NCBI GenBank assembly: GCA_003009755.1
Contig: PXUB01000022.1
Span: 1-64,000 of the forward strand
DNA: 64,000 bases
Source: Thermoplasmatales archaeon SW_10_69_26
GTDB lineage: Archaea; Thermoplasmatota; SW-10-69-26
Reading direction: 5' to 3'
The notes beneath the pieces were generated by a model, which had not been told where the DNA came from, made no database searches, and was given only the letters and a program-made list of their open reading frames with translations. The stretch's first letter is position 1. Every line of letters begins with the position of its first letter. Made by a program: the position numbers and the translations under genes. This document shows, one piece after another, positions 10,801 to 19,412 of this stretch.

Positions 10801-11327
10801 ATTCCAGTGAGGATGCGGGCGCGTACAAACATACCACGCCAGGCGGGGATGGGTTGAGCTACCTGGCGGATTTCCAAATCCGCACCCAAGGCCCAGACCC
10901 GGCAACCACCAACACGTTCCTCCGCTGGCTAAACAAGGAGTACGCGACTCTCGCCGAGAATCAGCGAACCAGCTATTACGCGATTGCTGGGGATTGTGAT
11001 GCCAACTGGCTGCTCCGGCAGTGTGATGGCTGGAAAAACGCGGAGGAAGCGCTCGGAACCAATAACGACGGCATCGTGCCCCTGGAAAGCGCCCTTAAGA
11101 CCGTGAAAGGGCCCACTCTCGAAGAGGAACACCCGCACCTTGCTCGGAACGCGGATTCCTCCACGATGCTGTCAGCAGTGTGCACGGGCAGCCAATACGA
11201 GCATAACAATCTCCACTCGACGGGGCCAATCCAAGCGTTGTCCTTGGCGGGACTTGCGGAAACCGTGGGCGAGACCCGAGCGCTTGAGAATACTTACGAC
11301 GAGGATTGCGGTTACGCGAGCACGTAG
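7869..11327 (+). CDS. Large secreted protein: FG-GAP/VCBS repeats + 2 fibronectin type III domains + alpha/beta-hydrolase (lipase/PGAP1-like)
   Basis: About 7 49-aa repeats with DxDxDGDxD and WYENDG. FN3 motifs YYYEVTAVNEDGLESEP and YHYHVTAVNEDGFESEP. Hydrolase motifs ILHGW, GHSMGGL, VTLGTPHLGS, NDGIVP. Visibly lower GC. Confidence 0.85.
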   Translation: MTVSRLSDGLPTAPNVIVCFMAMVGLSLVLWAPGAEASAQFQIHTIADGLDAAFSVDTGDMDGDGATDVVVAERDSDAIRWYENDGGGSSTEHTVTSDLTKARSVSVAEINGDTHPDVVGVSREDNLVNWYRNDGGGSFTEHTISTAPDEPKSVATGDVDEDGDIDALSASRDDSRIAWYENDGSGSFEAHTITTDADGGTSVTTADVDSDGDTDILSSSKLDNRIAWYENDGSESFTTHTVTSEASHAKDVTTADVNSDGHLDILSAASDDNEVTWYENDGTESFSTQIITTEAENANTVRATDMDRDGDVDVLSASNQDDTVALYENDGSESFTTHILDSNQESVNDLALVDLEEEGDVDVFAPPDGQVTWFENTVSAKLPDTPRNFAVEPGPDPTDIATTWDPPEDTVSVPLDHYNIYRGKSSDGLSKVTETTDSSYPDTDLDCSTTYYYEVTAVNEDGLESEPTDTKSITIDCSPTPPRNLDLEPGMRMNAMKLWWTEPQDSGSAPIDQYPVYRKIGDNPFAKVGTAEETSFMDKGLECDQTYHYHVTAVNEDGFESEPSASTTTQESTASLDIPWAPENPNYAPSAPATPTLGYEDSASAAELSECPGEDKMVEFSIDSGAFDHYDAVDANTVPLNLDLNAHLRIPSGNVTWNDTPRDVATVQINDSEEWTTLETLDARPEDPNQSTTAWNVTRQDVRVPTEFLSDGENEFRVVFEDFPEENKTGWNGTVDAARLDLVAPPTFILHGWDASPNAALTWNNEDQQSDCAQRLDLNGLAQWQCDLHNKLLIRSLAAFGQNPWTWAADEDQSSRAAMPLFGYNPKQGINQTVADLHENVTQRLDRLDWNGQASFVGHSMGGLVSRTYSVSDCPSSPRLPTCPLASDGTDFRANRIVTLGTPHLGSQLADIYTCQPEQLPFGIANHDYSWGPADSDAALLDYQEDNVLPTSDCGWHDYYASGFAYDSHCSVFGCDIHSSEDAGAYKHTTPGGDGLSYLADFQIRTQGPDPATTNTFLRWLNKEYATLAENQRTSYYAIAGDCDANWLLRQCDGWKNAEEALGTNNDGIVPLESALKTVKGPTLEEEHPHLARNADSSTMLSAVCTGSQYEHNNLHSTGPIQALSLAGLAETVGETRALENTYDEDCGYAST

Positions 11328-11740
11328 GAGCCGATTCCCGGGGTCGAGGTGGAGATTCGTCGGCCCCGGGGAGCCCTTTCTCACCCACGATAGGTCTGTG
11401 TTGGGTGCTAACCGCTGGCTCTCAATAGACGTCACAGCATCCTCCGGTCGAACTCACACCACACGAAGACTGGCAATACTTGGGTTGGAGGCCTCGAAAC
11501 TCAGATGAGGAACTTCGAGAGCCCTCAGACCACGAGTTCAGCGGGAGGTGGCATCCGTGACCAGAGGACGACAACAGCTGCGATCGCCCTTGGCCGGATG
11601 ATTGGGGTGCCGATCGGCGGCACCGGCCGCCTGGCTGGTTCCCTGTCACGACCGCTTTCACGCCTGGCTTGATGGGGTAGATGGACTGGTTAGGGCTGGT
11701 TGGCCGCACGAAGCCCGAGTGAGACGCCGCGTTCAGGATC

Positions 11741-12104
11741 TGATGAAAATTCCCGCAGATGCCGCTCGTCATCGGCGTGCAGTAGCGGCGATCATGTGGG
11801 GGTATCGGGGATATCGCGACCCCCGTTTTGATGAAAGTTGCCGGCGATGCCGCGCGTTATCGGCTTGCGATAGCAGCGATCGTTCAGGGGCTACGACGGA
11901 GTTGAGGCCCCCCATTTTGACGAAAATTTCCTCGCCCACCGCGTGATGCGGCTACCGTGGAATCGGAAATTTTCTTCGCCATCGGCTCACGGTAGCGGCG
12001 TTCGTCCGGGGGGCTGCTGCGGATATCGAGGCCCCCCTTTTTAGTGAAAATTTCCTCGTCTACCGCGTGACGCAGACACCGTAGAACCGGAAATTTTCAA
12101 GGGG
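11741..12104. repeat. Degenerate intergenic tandem repeat (88/89/124-bp spacing) with hairpins and GAAAATTTCC inverted repeats
   Basis: GAAAATT-type motif at 11745, 11833, 11922 and 12046. GAAAATTTCC-N33-GGAAATTTTC occurs at 11922-11974 and 12046-12098. Confidence 0.85.
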
Positions 12105-12286
12105 TGAGTCCCGGGCGCAGGTCGGCTTAGTGGGGCCCACGAGGGACCCGCACCATCCCAATCCCGAGTTCGTCCGCCGGCTCCCGCGAGGGAGCCCAGC
12201 AGGACATCGACCGGACTGGACAGGGCCCCTAAGCCGTTTTCTGCGAAAGCCTCAAGCCCCGTGAAATCGCGGTCCCAACGCCTTTA

Positions 12287-12886
12287 GTGAAGAAGGTTCT
12301 CGTGGAGGGCGTGACCGGGTCGCGAACGCTCGTGCTCGTCGCCAACCACGCCCGCCCCGAGCCGGACCTGCCGCTCGACGATCTGCCTGGGCTCGGCGGC
12401 CGCTTCGACCTCGTGGCCCGCTTCGTGAACGCCGCCCTCCTCACCAGCCACGGCATCCGCGAGGACACCGACGCGATCGTCGTCTTCACCCAGCCCGGGG
12501 AACCGCTGGCGATCCGCGTCCGCGGCGACGAGGTCACCGGGGTCGGCCCCGACGAGCGCTCGACCGCCGCCCGCCTGCTCGGGGCCCTCGAGGCCACCCC
12601 GATGCCGGTCTGGCAGGCGGTCGCCGAAGGCATCGAGCTGCGCACCGGCGCCCTCTCGGACCTGTTGACGGATCTGGCCGACCCGCTGGTGCTCGTCCAC
12701 GGGGATGGCGAGCCCCTCGCAGGCGACCGCGGCGCGGGCACGTTCGTGATCGGCGACCACGCGGGCTTCACCCAGGCCCAGCGGGACCGGCTGGTCAAGC
12801 AGGCCGGGGGCGTCGCCAGCCTCGGGTCCACGGCACTGCAGGCCGACCACGTCGCCGCCGTGCTCCACCACGAGCTCGATCGCTGA
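12287..12886 (+). CDS. trmY: tRNA (pseudouridine54-N1)-methyltransferase TrmY-like (SPOUT)
   Basis: LDDLPGLGGRFDLVARFVNAALLTSHGIRED, PDERSTA, FVIGDHAG, SLG..LQADH. Start may be the GTG at 12311. Confidence 0.85.
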   Translation: MKKVLVEGVTGSRTLVLVANHARPEPDLPLDDLPGLGGRFDLVARFVNAALLTSHGIREDTDAIVVFTQPGEPLAIRVRGDEVTGVGPDERSTAARLLGALEATPMPVWQAVAEGIELRTGALSDLLTDLADPLVLVHGDGEPLAGDRGAGTFVIGDHAGFTQAQRDRLVKQAGGVASLGSTALQADHVAAVLHHELDR

Positions 12887-12984
12887 GGGCGGCCGCGGCC
12901 CGTGGACGCGGCGGTCGAGCCGTGCGGTCGAACCCTAGGTTGTAGACTGGGTAGGCGTGTCGGAGATCGAGGTCGAGTGTCCAC

Positions 12985-13347
12985 ATGCCGCACGTCATCG
13001 TCGACGAGGAGCCGGATCTGCGCGCCGTTCTCGAGGCCTTCGAACCCGACGTCCACCAGGAGGAGGGCCGCGTGGCTCGGACGAAGGAGGCGTTCGTCAG
13101 CGCCGACGAGACCGAGCTCGTGATCACCGGGCTCGCGATCGACCAGGGCGACAAGGCCAACGTCCTGCTCCGCGTCACGCGCCGCGAGGGGGACGGCGTC
13201 GTCCGTCTCGACGAGCAGTTCCGCCCGGAGGTCACCGAGCCGGTCAAGCGCCTGGTGGCTCGGATCGCGGACCTCGTGCTCGAGGTGACCGGTGCCGGCA
13301 TCGAGCGCACCAACGTCCAGGCCCAGCTCGACGCCGTCCGGGCCTGA
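12985..13347 (+). CDS. Hypothetical protein
   Basis: 120-aa acidic ORF with host-like codon usage. Confidence 0.7.
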   Translation: MPHVIVDEEPDLRAVLEAFEPDVHQEEGRVARTKEAFVSADETELVITGLAIDQGDKANVLLRVTRREGDGVVRLDEQFRPEVTEPVKRLVARIADLVLEVTGAGIERTNVQAQLDAVRA

Positions 13348-13356
13348 TCTCGCGCT

Positions 13357-14805
13357 TCAGCCAGGCGCGGCCTCGATCGGGTCCGCGTCGGCCGCCCGAG
13401 CCTCGGCCTCCTCGGCGATCGCCTCCGCCATCCGCGAGAACACTGGGCCGTGCAGCGGGTACAGGCCGTACCAGTACAGCGCCCCGGCCAGGCCCCGCGG
13501 AGCGAACAGCGCCTCCTGCACGAGGCGGGAGCCGCCGCCGTCGGCGGGCTTGGCTGTCCACTCCAACCACGCGCGGCCGGGGACCCGCATCTCGGCCCGC
13601 AACCGCAACCGTCGGCCGGGTTCGACCTCCTCGACCCGCCAGAAGTCGATGGCATCCCCGACGCGCACCTCGTCGTGGGCCCGCCGGCCGCGCGAGAGGC
13701 CGGGACCGCCGGTCAGCCGATCGATCCACCCTCGGATCTCCCACAGCGCGGACAGGCCCGGCCAGCCGCGCTCGCCGCCGAGGCCCGTGAACACGTCGAA
13801 CACCGTCTGGGGCGGAGCGTCGACGTCGACCGTGCGGGTCTCCCGCGCCAGGCCCTCGTCTTCGGTCATCTCGAAGGCCGGCGCCGGGCCTCGCGCCGAG
13901 CTCCAGCGCGTCGGCACCGAGCCGGTGTCCACGACGACGAGGGCCCGATGGACGGCTTCCCGGTACCCGATCGGGTCAACGTCGTACAGCTCGCGCGCCC
14001 TGGTCGTGTCCGCGACGACCGGCTTCACGATGCCCTTGATCAAGGGCAGCGCCAGGGCGTTCGGGATCGGCGTGACGAGACCGACCCACAACCCGGCCAG
14101 CCGCGGCGTGAGCACGGGGACGGGCTGGATGCGGCGCTCGAGGTCCCGCACGTCCGCGTAGACGAGCATCATGTCGCGGAACGAGAGCACGTCCTGGCCG
14201 CCGATCTCCACGATGCCGGCGGGGTCGTGTTCGATCGCCGCGGCCAGGTAGGCCTTGACGTCCCGGATCGCGATCGGTTGCACGTCGTTCAAGATCCACT
14301 TGGGCGCGACCATGACCGGCAGGCGCTCGGTCAGGTAGCGCACCATCTCGAACGAGCCGCTGCCGGACCCGATCACGGGGCCGGCGCGGAGCTCGGTCGT
14401 CGGCAGCGCCTCGCGCAGGATGCGGCCGACCTCGGCCCGGGAGGCCAGGTGCTCGCTCTCGGTGCCCTCGTCGGGCAGCAGGCCGCCGAGGTAGACGAGG
14501 TGGTCGATCCCCGCGGCAGCCTCGGCGACGTTGCGCGCCGCCTGCCGGTCGCGCTCCGCGAAGCCCTCCCCGGCGTGCATCGAGTGCACGAGGTAGTAGG
14601 CGGCATCGACGTCGTCGAAGACACCCTCGAGGCTCGCCGGCTCCAGCAGATCGCCCTCGTGCACCTCGACCCGGGACCCCCACGGCCGGTCGCGCACCCG
14701 CTCGGGTCCCCGCGTGAGGACGCTGACCTCGTGGCCGCGATCCAGCAGCTCGGGCACCAGGCGACCGCCGACGTATCCCGTAGCGCCAGTGACGAGGACG
14801 CGCAT
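13357..14805 (-). CDS. NAD(P)-binding SDR-like protein with C-terminal SRPBCC/DUF2867 domain (YbjT-like)
   Basis: VLVTGATGYVGG, AYYLVHSM, HLASRAEVG, IGSGSGSFEM, IDFWRVE, LRAEMRVPGRAWLE. Confidence 0.9.
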   Translation of the reverse strand: MRVLVTGATGYVGGRLVPELLDRGHEVSVLTRGPERVRDRPWGSRVEVHEGDLLEPASLEGVFDDVDAAYYLVHSMHAGEGFAERDRQAARNVAEAAAGIDHLVYLGGLLPDEGTESEHLASRAEVGRILREALPTTELRAGPVIGSGSGSFEMVRYLTERLPVMVAPKWILNDVQPIAIRDVKAYLAAAIEHDPAGIVEIGGQDVLSFRDMMLVYADVRDLERRIQPVPVLTPRLAGLWVGLVTPIPNALALPLIKGIVKPVVADTTRARELYDVDPIGYREAVHRALVVVDTGSVPTRWSSARGPAPAFEMTEDEGLARETRTVDVDAPPQTVFDVFTGLGGERGWPGLSALWEIRGWIDRLTGGPGLSRGRRAHDEVRVGDAIDFWRVEEVEPGRRLRLRAEMRVPGRAWLEWTAKPADGGGSRLVQEALFAPRGLAGALYWYGLYPLHGPVFSRMAEAIAEEAEARAADADPIEAAPG

Positions 14806-14854
14806 ATCTCCAACCGGCAGGTGATGGTGGATGAAGGCTTCGCCGTCGGCGCCG

Positions 14855-15418
14855 TCACCGGTAGCGGACGGCCCACAGCATCAGCGACGCCAGCGAGGTC
14901 AACGCGCCGACGAGCAGCGGGCTCACGCTGCCGGTCGTCGTGGCCGACTCACCGTAGGGGCGAACCTCGGCGTCGTCGCCGATCGTCTTCTCGCCGGCCG
15001 AGTAGGCCGCGTCCCGGGTCTCCGCATCGTGCTCGTGCCCGTGGCCGTGGTCGCCCACGTCGAGGGCCTGGTTCCCGTTCGTGTCCTGGTAGAGGGCCGC
15101 GATCAACGGCTGCGGCTCGCTGATCGGGGTGCCCATCGTGACCGGCACGTCCTGGTGGAAGCCCGGCCCCAGCAGGTTCGAGGCCCCGACGACGGGGCCG
15201 AGGGCGCCCCCCTCGGCCAGGCTGGGATCGTGCACGGCGACGAAGCCGCCGTCGGGGAGCTGGACCGCGTCGACGAGCAGGACCTCTCCGCTCGTCCGCT
15301 GGTCGTCGAACACGATCGCCGGATGCGGCTGGGCGCTGGCTGCCGGCACCACCCCGGCCCCGAGGGCCAGCCCGACCGCTGCAACGACGAGCACCCGTCG
15401 CATCAACCCCACCATCAC
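14855..15418 (-). CDS. Secreted/surface protein with C-terminal membrane anchor
   Basis: Signal peptide. FDDQ..VQLPDGGFVAVHD..VVGAS..L.PG.H domain of the kind seen in haloarchaeal surface proteins. His-rich patch and C-terminal TM. Confidence 0.65.
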   Translation of the reverse strand: MMVGLMRRVLVVAAVGLALGAGVVPAASAQPHPAIVFDDQRTSGEVLLVDAVQLPDGGFVAVHDPSLAEGGALGPVVGASNLLGPGFHQDVPVTMGTPISEPQPLIAALYQDTNGNQALDVGDHGHGHEHDAETRDAAYSAGEKTIGDDAEVRPYGESATTTGSVSPLLVGALTSLASLMLWAVRYR

Positions 15419-15478
15419 GGTCGGAGGTCAAAAGCTCTTGCTGGACACGCGCCATCGATACCGGCTGGCCAGGGAAGG

Positions 15479-15718
15479 CTATGGGGCCGCGGTCGGGGAG
15501 CCCCCGGGCGGGGACCGCACCCGGGCGACGAGCAGCACCACGGCCGCACACGTCGCCGCCAACGATCCCAGCGTGCCCATCCCGATCGCCCACAGGGACA
15601 GGCTGGGCCCGTCGGCGACAGCGCCCGGCACCCGGCGGCCGAGGCTCCAAGCAACGTACAGCGAGACCGAGGCCGCGATCGCGGCATCGGCCGGTCCCAG
15701 TCGCTCGACCCATCGCAT
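15479..15718 (-). CDS. Small 2-TM hypothetical membrane protein
   Basis: MRWVERLGPADAAIAASVSLYVAWSL...LWAIGMGTLGSLAATCAAVVLLV, the 3' part of ORF 15479..15964. Confidence 0.45.
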   Translation of the reverse strand: MRWVERLGPADAAIAASVSLYVAWSLGRRVPGAVADGPSLSLWAIGMGTLGSLAATCAAVVLLVARVRSPPGGSPTAAP

Positions 15719-16084
15719 GGGTGTGGGGACCGACCGGACACGGTCGAAGGTGATCGAGGTGGTCTCCGTAGGGCTCGGGAACCTCCGGAGCCACGAGGGC
15801 CGCCGCTGACCGGCGACGAGGGAGTGGGGAGGGCCCGGCCCCGAGGCGAAGCACCACACACAGGCGAGGCGGAGGAGGGGAGGCAAGGGAGGCAGGGAGT
15901 CCATGTGGGGGCCGGGCGGGTTGGGGAGCGTCCTCCGCCACCTCCACTCTCGGTTGGAACCCACTTAACCGCTTTCGCGGAACCGTCGAAATGGCCGGCT
16001 GCCGGAGGCCAGCGCCCGGCCCAGCGGGGGTCGGCGTGGACCCTGGGCAACGTTCATGTGGCAGGTTCGCCTCCCTGAGCGTGG

Positions 16085-18106
16085 ATGGCCACCTGCGACT
16101 CCTGTGGGACCCTTCTCGAGATGGTTCGCACGGGTGACAGCGTCGAGCATCGATGCCCCGACTGCGATCCAGGCTCGGCCACCGAGACCAGCTACGAGGG
16201 AGCGGTCGACGCCGACGTCGAGGCGGCCGGGGTCCGATCGGGCGATGCGCCCGCCGGCGCCGGCCGGTTCTTCCCCTTCGAGGACACCCGGCCCGGCCAG
16301 GCACGCTTCCTCTCCGACGTGCGCGACACGCTGAAGAGCGGCGACGTGCTCGTGGCCCAGGTCCCGACCGGGGTCGGCAAGACCGCCGGCGTGCTCTCGC
16401 CGGCGCTCGAGGTGGCCGCCCGCTCCGGCTCGACGGTGTTCTTCCTCACCAGCAAGCAGAGCCAGCACAAGGTCGCCGTCGAGACGTTGAGCCTCACCGA
16501 GCAGGTCTCCGGGACCGACATCGTCGTCTCCGACATGATCTCCAAGAAGGCGATGTGCCCCCGGCCCGAGTCCGAGCAGCTCGGAGCCCGAGCCTTCGGC
16601 GAGTTCTGCTCGAAAGCGATGGCGCAGGGCACCTGCGACTACTACGAGACCGACGAGGAATCGGTGTTCCGCGAGCTCGCCCGCGACATCCACCACGTCG
16701 AGGATGCCGTCGAGCTCAGCGAACGCGAGCACGTGTGCCCCTACAAGGCGCTCACCGAGGTCGCCCGCGTGGCCGACGTCGTCGTCCTCGACTACAACCA
16801 CTTCTTCTCCGACCTCGTCACGACCACGATGGATCGGTTCCAGATGGACCTCAGCGACGCCATCCTCGTCGTCGACGAGGCCCACAACCTGCCCGACCGG
16901 ATCCGCTCGCACCTCACCTGGCGCCTGACGCCGGGTTTGCTCGGCGAGGCTTCCGACGAGGCCCGCACCCACGGTGCCCACCCGCTGGCTCGGTTCCTCG
17001 ACCGCCTGGCCGACCTCGTGCAGCGCCACGATGGCCAGGAGGAGCAAAAGCTGGAGCCCGAGGCCCTGCTGGATCCGATCGACGAGCTGCTGGAGAAGGC
17101 CTTCCGCCTGGCCCAACCGGACCTCCACGAACTGCTCGACGAGCTGCACGACGTCGCCGAGGTCGTCCGCAAGGAGGAGGCCGTTAGCGCCTGCGGCGAG
17201 GTCACCGAGTTCCTCGAGCGCTGGCCCGGCAAGCGCGACCTCGACGAGGATGCCGTCCTCCGCATGTGGGAGCCCGAGGCGACCGCGTTCACGTTCAAGG
17301 TGCTCGACGCCGGCCGCCTGGCGGGCCCGATCCTCAGCCAGGTGCAAGGCGCCGTGCTCATGAGCGGGACGCTGTACCCGATGGGCATGTACGCCGGCAT
17401 CCTCGGCGTCCCCAACGACCGCGCCCGGCTGGAGCGCTACCAGAACCCGTTCCCCGAGGAGAACCGCAAGGTCGCCATCGATCCCGGCGTCTCTTCGAAG
17501 GCGACCGAGCGCGGGCCCCAGATGTACCGGCGGATCGCGTCCACGATCCAGGACGTGGCCAAGGCCACGCCCGGCAACGTGGCCGCGTTCTTCCCCTCGT
17601 ACAAGATGATGAGCAACGTCGAGACGAAGCTGGGCCGCTCGAGCCGGCGCCGCCTCGTCGAGCAGCGCTCCTTCGACAAGGAGGAGCGCGAGAGCCTGGT
17701 CAACCGGCTCGAACGCGCCGACGGCAACGCGCTCATGCTCGGCGTCCAGGGCGGCTCGCTGTCCGAAGGGTACGATTTCGAGGCCGACGGCGAGAACCTG
17801 CTCAAGAGCGTGCTCGTCGTCGGCGTGCCCTACGCCCCACCCACGACCGAGGTCGAGTCGCTCCAGTCGTTCTTCGACGAGCGCTTCGGCGACGGCAAAG
17901 GCTGGCAGTACGGGTACCTCGCGCCGGCGATCCAGCGCACGCTGCAAGCCGCCGGTCGCGCCGTGCGCGCCGCCCACCACGAGGCGTTCGTCGGCCTGCT
18001 CGACCGCCGATTCAGCCAACGCCAGATCCAATCGTGGCTGCCGCCGGACGTGAACCCCCACGTCGAGCAGGATCTGCCCGCCGCCGCCGAGCGGTTCTTC
18101 AGCTGA
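16085..18106 (+). CDS. XPD/Rad3-family FeS DNA helicase with N-terminal Zn ribbon
   Basis: Q motif RPGQ, Walker A PTGVGKT, four FeS cysteines (MCP..FC..TC..VCPY), DEAHN, MSGTL, FFPSY, QAAGRAVR. N-terminal CxxC..CxxC. Confidence 0.93.
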   Translation: MATCDSCGTLLEMVRTGDSVEHRCPDCDPGSATETSYEGAVDADVEAAGVRSGDAPAGAGRFFPFEDTRPGQARFLSDVRDTLKSGDVLVAQVPTGVGKTAGVLSPALEVAARSGSTVFFLTSKQSQHKVAVETLSLTEQVSGTDIVVSDMISKKAMCPRPESEQLGARAFGEFCSKAMAQGTCDYYETDEESVFRELARDIHHVEDAVELSEREHVCPYKALTEVARVADVVVLDYNHFFSDLVTTTMDRFQMDLSDAILVVDEAHNLPDRIRSHLTWRLTPGLLGEASDEARTHGAHPLARFLDRLADLVQRHDGQEEQKLEPEALLDPIDELLEKAFRLAQPDLHELLDELHDVAEVVRKEEAVSACGEVTEFLERWPGKRDLDEDAVLRMWEPEATAFTFKVLDAGRLAGPILSQVQGAVLMSGTLYPMGMYAGILGVPNDRARLERYQNPFPEENRKVAIDPGVSSKATERGPQMYRRIASTIQDVAKATPGNVAAFFPSYKMMSNVETKLGRSSRRRLVEQRSFDKEERESLVNRLERADGNALMLGVQGGSLSEGYDFEADGENLLKSVLVVGVPYAPPTTEVESLQSFFDERFGDGKGWQYGYLAPAIQRTLQAAGRAVRAAHHEAFVGLLDRRFSQRQIQSWLPPDVNPHVEQDLPAAAERFFS

Positions 18107-18308
18107 CGATCAGCTGGGCCCACCCAGCTCGCCGGTGCCCAGTTCCTCCTCGGGCGCGTCCTCGTGCTCCGCGCTGGCCACGCCCGAAGCCCTCGGGACC
18201 CTGGACCGATCCGTGCCGGCGTCGGCGCTGCGAGGGCTCGGCCCCTGACGGGTTCCACCGGGGGGAGACATGTCGACCCCCTGGAGATATGTTTAAGAGC
18301 CTCCAGGG

Positions 18309-19412
18309 GTGGGCCGGGGCGTGGTGGCCGCAGCGCGCCCGCTGGCGTTCGCCCTCCTCGTCGTCCTGACCCCCGTCGCCGGATGCATGGGGGACACCGG
18401 CGAGCCCGAGGGCGTCATCGTCACCAGCCAGCCCCTGGTCGACGCCTTCCACGAGCTCGATCGGGCCGACCAGCTCGCCGGCGTCCCCGATTGGGCGATC
18501 GTCGACGAGCCGCCCGCCGCCGACCGGGTCGGACGCCCGTTCGTGATCGAGGCCGAGGAGGTCGTCCGACGGGAACCGGCCCTCGTCCTCGACCAACCCC
18601 ATCCCCTCGTCACGGGGCCCTCGCGCGAGGCGATGGCGACCGGCGTCCAGCAGGCCGGCATCGGCTACGAGAAGCTTCCGAGCGAGCCCGCGCTGGGCAC
18701 CGTCGAGGCCACGCTGGCGGCCGCCGGCGAGGCTACCGGCACCGATCACACCGACGCCTGGCAGCAGATCCGATCGGACCTGGCTGACCTGAACGAGACG
18801 CTGGCCGACCAGCCGCGTCCCAGCGCGCTGTTCCTGTTCCCCGCCGGCCTCGTCGCGGGCACCGACACCGACGTCGACCTCATCCTCGAGCTGGCCGGCA
18901 TGGAGAACGCCGCCCGCGAGGCCGGGCTCACCGGCTACGCGCAGATCACCGACGAGGCCGTGCAACGCACCGACGTCGACCTCGTCATCGCGACGGCAAC
19001 GATGCACACCACGCCCGAGGAGATCGCCGGCCGCCCGATGTTCGCGGACACCGCGATCGAGGACAGCCCCGAGCGCGTGCTCGTCGTCGACCCCAGCCGA
19101 ACCACGCGCCTGGGCCCCCACGTGGCCGAGGCCGCCTCCCAGCTGGCCGCCTGGAGCCACGAGGAGATGCCCGGGCCGCGCGTGAGCCCGACGCTGGACC
19201 CCTACGAGGTCCACGCCTGCGAGCCGGTCGACGTCGACGTCGACGCACCGAACGCGACCGTCACCCTCCTGGGCGAGACCCACGACCCCGGCACGGTCAC
19301 CGTGCCCGACGTCGCGGAGGGCCACTACCGCCTGACGGTCGAAGCCCGCGACGACACGGGCACGGCCACCACGACGACGATGCTCACCGTGGAGGGATCG
19401 GATTGCGCCTGA
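18309..19412 (+). CDS. ABC transporter substrate-binding lipoprotein (BtuF/FecB-like)
   Basis: Lipobox VAGC, EEVVRREPALVL, ILELAGMENAA, RLGPHVAEA. First gene of an overlapping four-gene operon. Confidence 0.75.
   Translation: MGRGVVAAARPLAFALLVVLTPVAGCMGDTGEPEGVIVTSQPLVDAFHELDRADQLAGVPDWAIVDEPPAADRVGRPFVIEAEEVVRREPALVLDQPHPLVTGPSREAMATGVQQAGIGYEKLPSEPALGTVEATLAAAGEATGTDHTDAWQQIRSDLADLNETLADQPRPSALFLFPAGLVAGTDTDVDLILELAGMENAAREAGLTGYAQITDEAVQRTDVDLVIATATMHTTPEEIAGRPMFADTAIEDSPERVLVVDPSRTTRLGPHVAEAASQLAAWSHEEMPGPRVSPTLDPYEVHACEPVDVDVDAPNATVTLLGETHDPGTVTVPDVAEGHYRLTVEARDDTGTATTTTMLTVEGSDCA

Noticed and set aside
11741-12104. Possible CRISPR array
   Set aside because: Repeats are degenerate, spacing is irregular, the intervening DNA is homologous, and there are no cas genes.
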